Made by a program: the position numbers and the translations under genes. The notes under the pieces were generated by a model that was not told where the DNA came from, made no database searches, and saw nothing but the letters and a program-made list of their open reading frames with translations. Shown here in pieces: positions 59,370-64,000 of a stretch of DNA of 64,000 bases; within the stretch, counting starts at the first letter, position 1; every line of letters starts with the position of its first letter. The DNA comes from Candidatus Omnitrophota bacterium (lineage in GTDB: Bacteria > Omnitrophota > Gorgyraeia > 2-02-FULL-51-18): contig CAMDWQ010000001.1 of NCBI GenBank assembly GCA_945877765.1, positions 22,253 to 86,252 of the forward strand. The letters are read 5' to 3'.

Positions 59370-59927
59370 CTACAGGTAGCCGATTTTTTGTTTTTTTAGA
59401 CTAATTTGAAGCTTTAAATCTTGAATCTCTTCGCTTAAGGGGCGTATTTTTTCATTGAGCATAAGAACCCGCTCCTCCCATTTCTTTTTTTCCTGGGATG
59501 AGAGAGAAATCCCTTTGGATTCTTTTAAAACATGCACGACATCGACGAGCGTTTTTTGATAACCTTCAAGCTCCGCCTGTTTTTTTTCAATGCTAGCCTC
59601 CGCTAGCTCGATCTCACCTTTAAGTCGAGAGCGGTTCACCTCGATAGCGACGCGAAATTGCTCAATTTTTCGGTTCTGCGCCTTGGCATAAAGATCATAC
59701 TGGCCGCGAAGCCTTTCAACTTCAGCATCCAGCACTTTTTTCCTGGATAAAAGATCTTCTTTGATGCGCGCGATTTGTGCGTGGGCCGCATCACGCTGGA
59801 GCATCATCTGTTTGAAGGCGGGGTCTTCTTTCGTCAAGCGCCCAAGCTCATCAGGATTACGATTCCACTGACAGCCAGCGGCAAAAAAACAAAGCAAAAA
59901 AAGACTAAGTAGAATTTTTTTCATCAA
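59370..59927 (-). CDS. Coiled-coil lipoprotein
   Basis: Lipobox FAAG-C after a hydrophobic stretch. Confidence 0.75.
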   Translation of the reverse strand: MMKKILLSLFLLCFFAAGCQWNRNPDELGRLTKEDPAFKQMMLQRDAAHAQIARIKEDLLSRKKVLDAEVERLRGQYDLYAKAQNRKIEQFRVAIEVNRSRLKGEIELAEASIEKKQAELEGYQKTLVDVVHVLKESKGISLSSQEKKKWEERVLMLNEKIRPLSEEIQDLKLQISLKKQKIGYL

Positions 59928-59973
59928 GTTGACTATATCATAAATGGGCTGGAATTCTCAACTTGCGGCAAAT

Positions 59974-60006
59974 AAAAAAAAGGCGGGAGCAGCGCTCCCG
60001 CCTTTT
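59974..60006 (-). terminator. Intrinsic terminator
   Basis: aaaaggcgggagc-agc-gctcccgcctttt with an 8-T tail on the minus strand. Confidence 0.85.
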
Positions 60007-60023
60007 CCTTCAACAGCCTAAGG

Positions 60024-60701
60024 TTATTTTTTGGCCTTAAAGCTGTCAATGAGACTGCCCACATACCGGGCGGCCATATCTTTACAGCCAAGTCCTATTG
60101 CTAAACCAATACCAAGCGCCAAAGCCGCAAGAGTGGCCTTAATCAGCAGCTCGATAATGGAAGTATCGATGCGCAGTTGTTTGAGCGCTTCGACAATCGT
60201 AAATATCACCACAATGACCTGACTAAATTGGCCCAGTGAGCGTGCTTGAGGAATACCGGCGTTAGCCGCCGCTGTCCGCACCGTATTAGCCATGATGCTG
60301 GCAAAGAAAATACCCAGCACCAAAATAAACACACTGGCAATCACGTTTGGCACGTACAGAATCACCTGGTTCAACAGCTCTGCTGCTACGGTGAGTTGTA
60401 GCGCATTGACCGCCGCAAGGAGCACCACCAGCATCAAAAGCCAATAAATGATCACTCCCATGATTTCGGAGAGCGTGTAATTGATGTCTCCTTTGGTGAG
60501 GATGTTGGCGATCCCAATTTTCTCACTGACCGTATCTAGACGTGCAAGCTTAAGAAAACGCGTGATGACTTTCTTGGCAATAGCCGCCAAGATCCACCCA
60601 ATGATTAAAATCAATAAAACACTCACCAGCGTGGGTATAAAACCAAGCACTCGTGTCCACATCGCTTCCACAGGCTGCATAATTGTCGCTTCCCAGTCCA
60701 T
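60024..60701 (-). CDS. Conserved TM-helix repeat membrane protein (CmpX/MscS-associated)
   Basis: FIPTLVSVLLILIIGW and YVPNVIASVFIL repeats; ALGIGLAIGLG. Confidence 0.85.
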   Translation of the reverse strand: MDWEATIMQPVEAMWTRVLGFIPTLVSVLLILIIGWILAAIAKKVITRFLKLARLDTVSEKIGIANILTKGDINYTLSEIMGVIIYWLLMLVVLLAAVNALQLTVAAELLNQVILYVPNVIASVFILVLGIFFASIMANTVRTAAANAGIPQARSLGQFSQVIVVIFTIVEALKQLRIDTSIIELLIKATLAALALGIGLAIGLGCKDMAARYVGSLIDSFKAKK

Positions 60702-60842
60702 AGGGCCCTCCCTCAGTAAGAACTACAAATTTTAACCAAGTATACTTAAGTTACATTTATAATACTAAAATACTATCTGATTGTCAACTTAAATAGGCAA
60801 TTTATGGCAAAATTTAGCAGAATGAAAGATAAGTGTCCCCTT

Positions 60843-60919
60843 GTCATTCCCGAATTGTTTGATCGGGAATCAAACCTTAAAGTTAGACATGATCCCCGAT
60901 TAGAGATCTCGGGGATGAC
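60843..60919 (+). repeat. Third copy of the composite REP element
   Basis: gtcattcccgaa..tcgggaatcaaacct-N11-atgatccccgat..tctcggggatgac followed by gggggggtgt as after 13610. Confidence 0.85.
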
Positions 60920-60965
60920 GCTGGGGGGGTGTTCGTGGATGACGCTGGACGGATTATGGCGAGAG

Positions 60966-61580
60966 TTAAGCGATTTCTTTTTTAGAAACAATGTTCATGT
61001 TTGAATCGAAAACGTAGATTCTCGGCACAGCCGTCCCTAAATTAAGTTCAAGGACTTGCTCCTTGGTCAACTTTTCTATTTCCATGACGATCGACCGCAG
61101 GCTATTGCCATGGGCGGCCACAATGACGTTATTACCGCCTTTCAAGTCGCGCACAATGTTGTTGTTAAAATACGGCAGGGTCCGAGCGGCGGTATCCTTA
61201 AGACTCTCCCCATTGGGCGGTGCAATATCGTAGGACCTTCTCCATATCTTAACTTGCTCGTCTCCAAACTTTTTGGCAGTCTCAGCCTTATCCAGACCCT
61301 GAAGATCTCCGTAATGTCTCTCGTTAAGCGCTTGATCTTTTTGGATGGGGATGTTCTGCTGGCCAAGCTTTTCAAGAATAGATGCTAACGTTTCCTGAGC
61401 ACGTTTAAGTAAAGAGGTGTAGGCTAAATCAAACCGAATATTTTCTTTCTTTAGCTTCTCCCCCGCCGCGGCGGCTTCTTCGATGCCTAAGGGGCTAAGC
61501 GGCACGTCCACCCATCCGGTAAAACGGTTTTCAAGATTCCACTGCGACTGCCCATGACGAACCAAAACGAGTATCGACAT
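60966..61580 (-). CDS. gpmA: 2,3-BPG-dependent phosphoglycerate mutase
   Basis: LVRHGQSQWN, LNERHYG, WRRSYD, AAHGNSLR. Confidence 0.96.
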   Translation of the reverse strand: MSILVLVRHGQSQWNLENRFTGWVDVPLSPLGIEEAAAAGEKLKKENIRFDLAYTSLLKRAQETLASILEKLGQQNIPIQKDQALNERHYGDLQGLDKAETAKKFGDEQVKIWRRSYDIAPPNGESLKDTAARTLPYFNNNIVRDLKGGNNVIVAAHGNSLRSIVMEIEKLTKEQVLELNLGTAVPRIYVFDSNMNIVSKKEIA

Positions 61581-61607
61581 TCTTATCTCCTATGTTAAAA
61601 GTCATTC

Positions 61608-61644
61608 AAAAAAAGAAGGAGTCTCGCTTGAAAAGCAAGACTCC
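61608..61644 (-). terminator. Intrinsic terminator after the Bax inhibitor gene
   Basis: ggagtctcgctt-gaa-aagcaagactcc stem with a T-run on the minus strand. Confidence 0.7.
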
Positions 61645-61674
61645 CTCGATCAACAGTCTTTGATTAAACGATTA

Positions 61675-62370
61675 CTATCGTCTTTTTCCGAAAAGTCTCA
61701 GAAGCAACATAAATAAATTAATAAAATCAAGATACAGCATCAGAGCGCCCATGACCACGTACTTATTTTCTGCATCGGCATTCTCAAAGCCCATCGCGTA
61801 CATTTTCTTTAGTTTCTGTGTGTCGTACGCAACAAGGATGACAAATACCGCAATCCCCACAAACGTGATCACCCACATCAACCCCGAGCTCTTAAGAAAT
61901 ATATTCACGACGCTGGCAAGGATGACTCCGATAAGTGACATCATCGCCAAGCCGCCTATCGAGGTAAGGTCTTTTTTAGTGGTCAAGCCGTAAGCACTAA
62001 AGAAAAAGAACGTCCCTGCGGTAATGGCAAACGTCTGCATCACCGAAGCGCCTGTATAGGCCAACAAAATCACGCTCACCGTCACCCCATTTAAAATCGA
62101 ATAAACGCAAAATATAGTCGATGCCAGACTGGCGCTCATCGTTTGGATTCTGGCGGATAGCCAGACAACCAGCGCAATTTCGGCAATGAAGATACCGATA
62201 AACGCCCATTGATTGCCAAGAATAGCTCGAAGCGCTTGCGGCTGTGACAAGAGTGCAAACGAAGCCCCTGTCGAAAGAATTAGCCCAAAAGACATCCACA
62301 GAAACACCTTGGATATAAAGCTTGATTCTGATAGTTGGGCGGATGAACCGCTGACAATTCTATTTTGCAT
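61675..62370 (-). CDS. Bax inhibitor-1/YccA (YbhL-like) membrane protein
   Basis: About 7 TM helices; AYDTQKLK, ALMLYLDFINLF. Confidence 0.93.
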   Translation of the reverse strand: MQNRIVSGSSAQLSESSFISKVFLWMSFGLILSTGASFALLSQPQALRAILGNQWAFIGIFIAEIALVVWLSARIQTMSASLASTIFCVYSILNGVTVSVILLAYTGASVMQTFAITAGTFFFFSAYGLTTKKDLTSIGGLAMMSLIGVILASVVNIFLKSSGLMWVITFVGIAVFVILVAYDTQKLKKMYAMGFENADAENKYVVMGALMLYLDFINLFMLLLRLFGKRR

Positions 62371-62406
62371 GACTACCTCCTCTTTAAAAAATGGGTTGTT
62401 GCGCGA

Positions 62407-63387
62407 TTACTCAATCGGGATCCTGATCCGTGTTCCCTTGCGAGGGCGGTTAGGATTAGAGATCACGTCTTTATTAAACTCATAAATCCGGTTCCACTGC
62501 GTGCCGTCGCCGTACTCCTTCTTGGCAATTCCCCAGAGCGTGTCTCCGCTTTTGATAACGTATTCTTTGACATCCACTTTCACAGCGCTCTCAAATTGCT
62601 TATTTTCCTCGACCACTTGCTGACCTTGCGAGGTTTCACCGAACAGTGACGCTTTATCAGCAGGAATCTGCACTTCTTCAACTTCAGCGATCATGAACTG
62701 AGCGTTACGATCCTTCTGCATTCCCACCAGATCCCCTTTAGAGGCTAAAGCATCCAGCTTTCCACGGCTTAAAATTTTAATGCGGTCTTCCGGGAGCCCT
62801 TGAGAAGTCAGGTAAGCCTTCACGTTGTCCGCCCGGCGCTCACCAAGCTTCATGTTGTACTTCTCAGAACCACGAGTATCCGCATTTCCTGTGATAAGAA
62901 TATCGGCGTTGGGATTGCGGTCCAGAGTGCCGATCGCCTGATTCAGCGTGTCCGCCGCATCGTCACGAATATCCGCTTTGTCGTAATCAAAATAAACTTT
63001 CACATTTTTAATAATTTTTTTGATAACCAGCGATGATTTCATCGGGCCCGCTTCGGACTTGTAATCAAAAATAACTTTGCGGACATAAACCCAACCCTGG
63101 TTTCCCCACGCATCTAGCGTAGGATTGGCCTGACCAGGGGCCGTCGGCCACCACCAGTAACCGCTTCGGGACGGATCCGGATCTTTAAAAGGCGCCGGCT
63201 TAGCATCGGAAGGCCACCAAGAAAAACGGTTGGCCATCTCCTCATCCTGGGAATTTTGAACCTTCGGAAAATCAATCTTGACCAAGGCTGTTTCGGGGGT
63301 TTGAGAATTCTCGGCAGCGGCTGGGATTGCCACGAATATCATGCTAAAAATTAGAGCCGAAAAAACCACTCGAATATGACGCGTCAT
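62407..63387 (-). CDS. Secreted OmpA-like peptidoglycan-binding + LysM protein
   Basis: YFDYDKA, GNADTRGSEKYNMKLGERRA; YVIKSGDTLWGIA. Confidence 0.9.
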   Translation of the reverse strand: MTRHIRVVFSALIFSMIFVAIPAAAENSQTPETALVKIDFPKVQNSQDEEMANRFSWWPSDAKPAPFKDPDPSRSGYWWWPTAPGQANPTLDAWGNQGWVYVRKVIFDYKSEAGPMKSSLVIKKIIKNVKVYFDYDKADIRDDAADTLNQAIGTLDRNPNADILITGNADTRGSEKYNMKLGERRADNVKAYLTSQGLPEDRIKILSRGKLDALASKGDLVGMQKDRNAQFMIAEVEEVQIPADKASLFGETSQGQQVVEENKQFESAVKVDVKEYVIKSGDTLWGIAKKEYGDGTQWNRIYEFNKDVISNPNRPRKGTRIRIPIE

Positions 63388-63470
63388 AGAGAAAACCTTT
63401 TTTGTTAATTTCTAATCAATAGTTGGGGGTGATTTCAATTTATTTAGGATACTAAAAGCATTTGCCTTCG

Positions 63471-64000
63471 TCAAGCTAAAGAGGGCAGCGCATTCAAAGC
63501 ATCGATCATTCCATGCAGACGGCTGTAGCTGGTTCGGTTAAAATAAAACACAAGCCGTTCTAGCGAGGGGTCCTGATTGTCGTCTTCGGCGATATCTTTC
63601 AAGCGTTCGATCCCCCCTTTGGCACAAATATCCTTAAACCCAGCGGCTATTTCTCGCAGTTCTATATCAGAAAGAGGCCTTTTTAAACGGATCAAATACT
63701 TATCCTTTAAAAATCTTGAGGAATCATAATTTTTATAAAAAACCACAAGATCGTTGACCGCGCTGGCGTTGTCTTGATAATGCCGCACTAGCATCAGGTC
63801 GTGGGGCGAAATCAATCCCTCATCCAAAAGATTTTTCTTTAAAAGCCGTAAGAGTGATTTCCAATAATCACTGCCCGGCGCATCCACCATGACAATAGGC
63901 CTAGGCTTGGCTTTTCCCGTTTGCACGAGCGTCATTGATTCAAACCCCTCATCAAACGTCCCAAATCCTCCCGGAAAAAGAACCGTCGCTTCCGATTCTT
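63471..64000 (-). CDS. LOG family protein (5' end outside the window)
   Basis: Frame open to the window edge: VLFPGGFGTFDEGFESMTLVQTGK. Confidence 0.88.
   Translation of the reverse strand, partial: ESEATVLFPGGFGTFDEGFESMTLVQTGKAKPRPIVMVDAPGSDYWKSLLRLLKKNLLDEGLISPHDLMLVRHYQDNASAVNDLVVFYKNYDSSRFLKDKYLIRLKRPLSDIELREIAAGFKDICAKGGIERLKDIAEDDNQDPSLERLVFYFNRTSYSRLHGMIDALNALPSLA

Noticed and set aside
60773-61004. Short ORFs on both strands here (also 13420-13650 and 22053-22338)
   Set aside because: Translations of REP elements or tRNA genes, with no independent coding evidence

Overview
Bacterial chromosomal window with almost all genes on the minus strand. The gene set and the giant-protein architecture suggest Candidatus Omnitrophota, but this is inference. 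The backbone is housekeeping: tandem ROK regulators, GSIII, xth, thrH, comM-yraN-spoVG, comEC, leuS, tRNA-Ala/Leu, addAB, an RsbW/STAS/MlaEFD/CHASE2-PP2C/GGDEF-EAL/ComFB cluster, accA, mnmE, folC, purH, pabB/pabC-like and gpmA. Two accessory regions interrupt it. The first is a 2.7-kb plus-strand island (13.5-16.3 kb) bracketed by inverted copies of a 70-bp REP-like element. The second (23.5-36.1 kb) holds a YhcG nuclease, a methylase scar, a 3422-aa giant protein and a putative BECR-fold nuclease. The giant protein has a putative ChaN/TIKI-like N-terminal domain, four [AG]ARLA linker motifs, an internal signal peptide, 18 x 34-aa repeats and a domain-reordered dikinase. The BECR-like gene faces a convergent ~135-nt small RNA candidate with its own promoter, terminator and pseudoknot pattern. 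The best candidates for undescribed systems are the possibly self-processing giant polyprotein and the nuclease/pseudoknot-RNA pair. All family calls are by motif recognition only; no searches were run.
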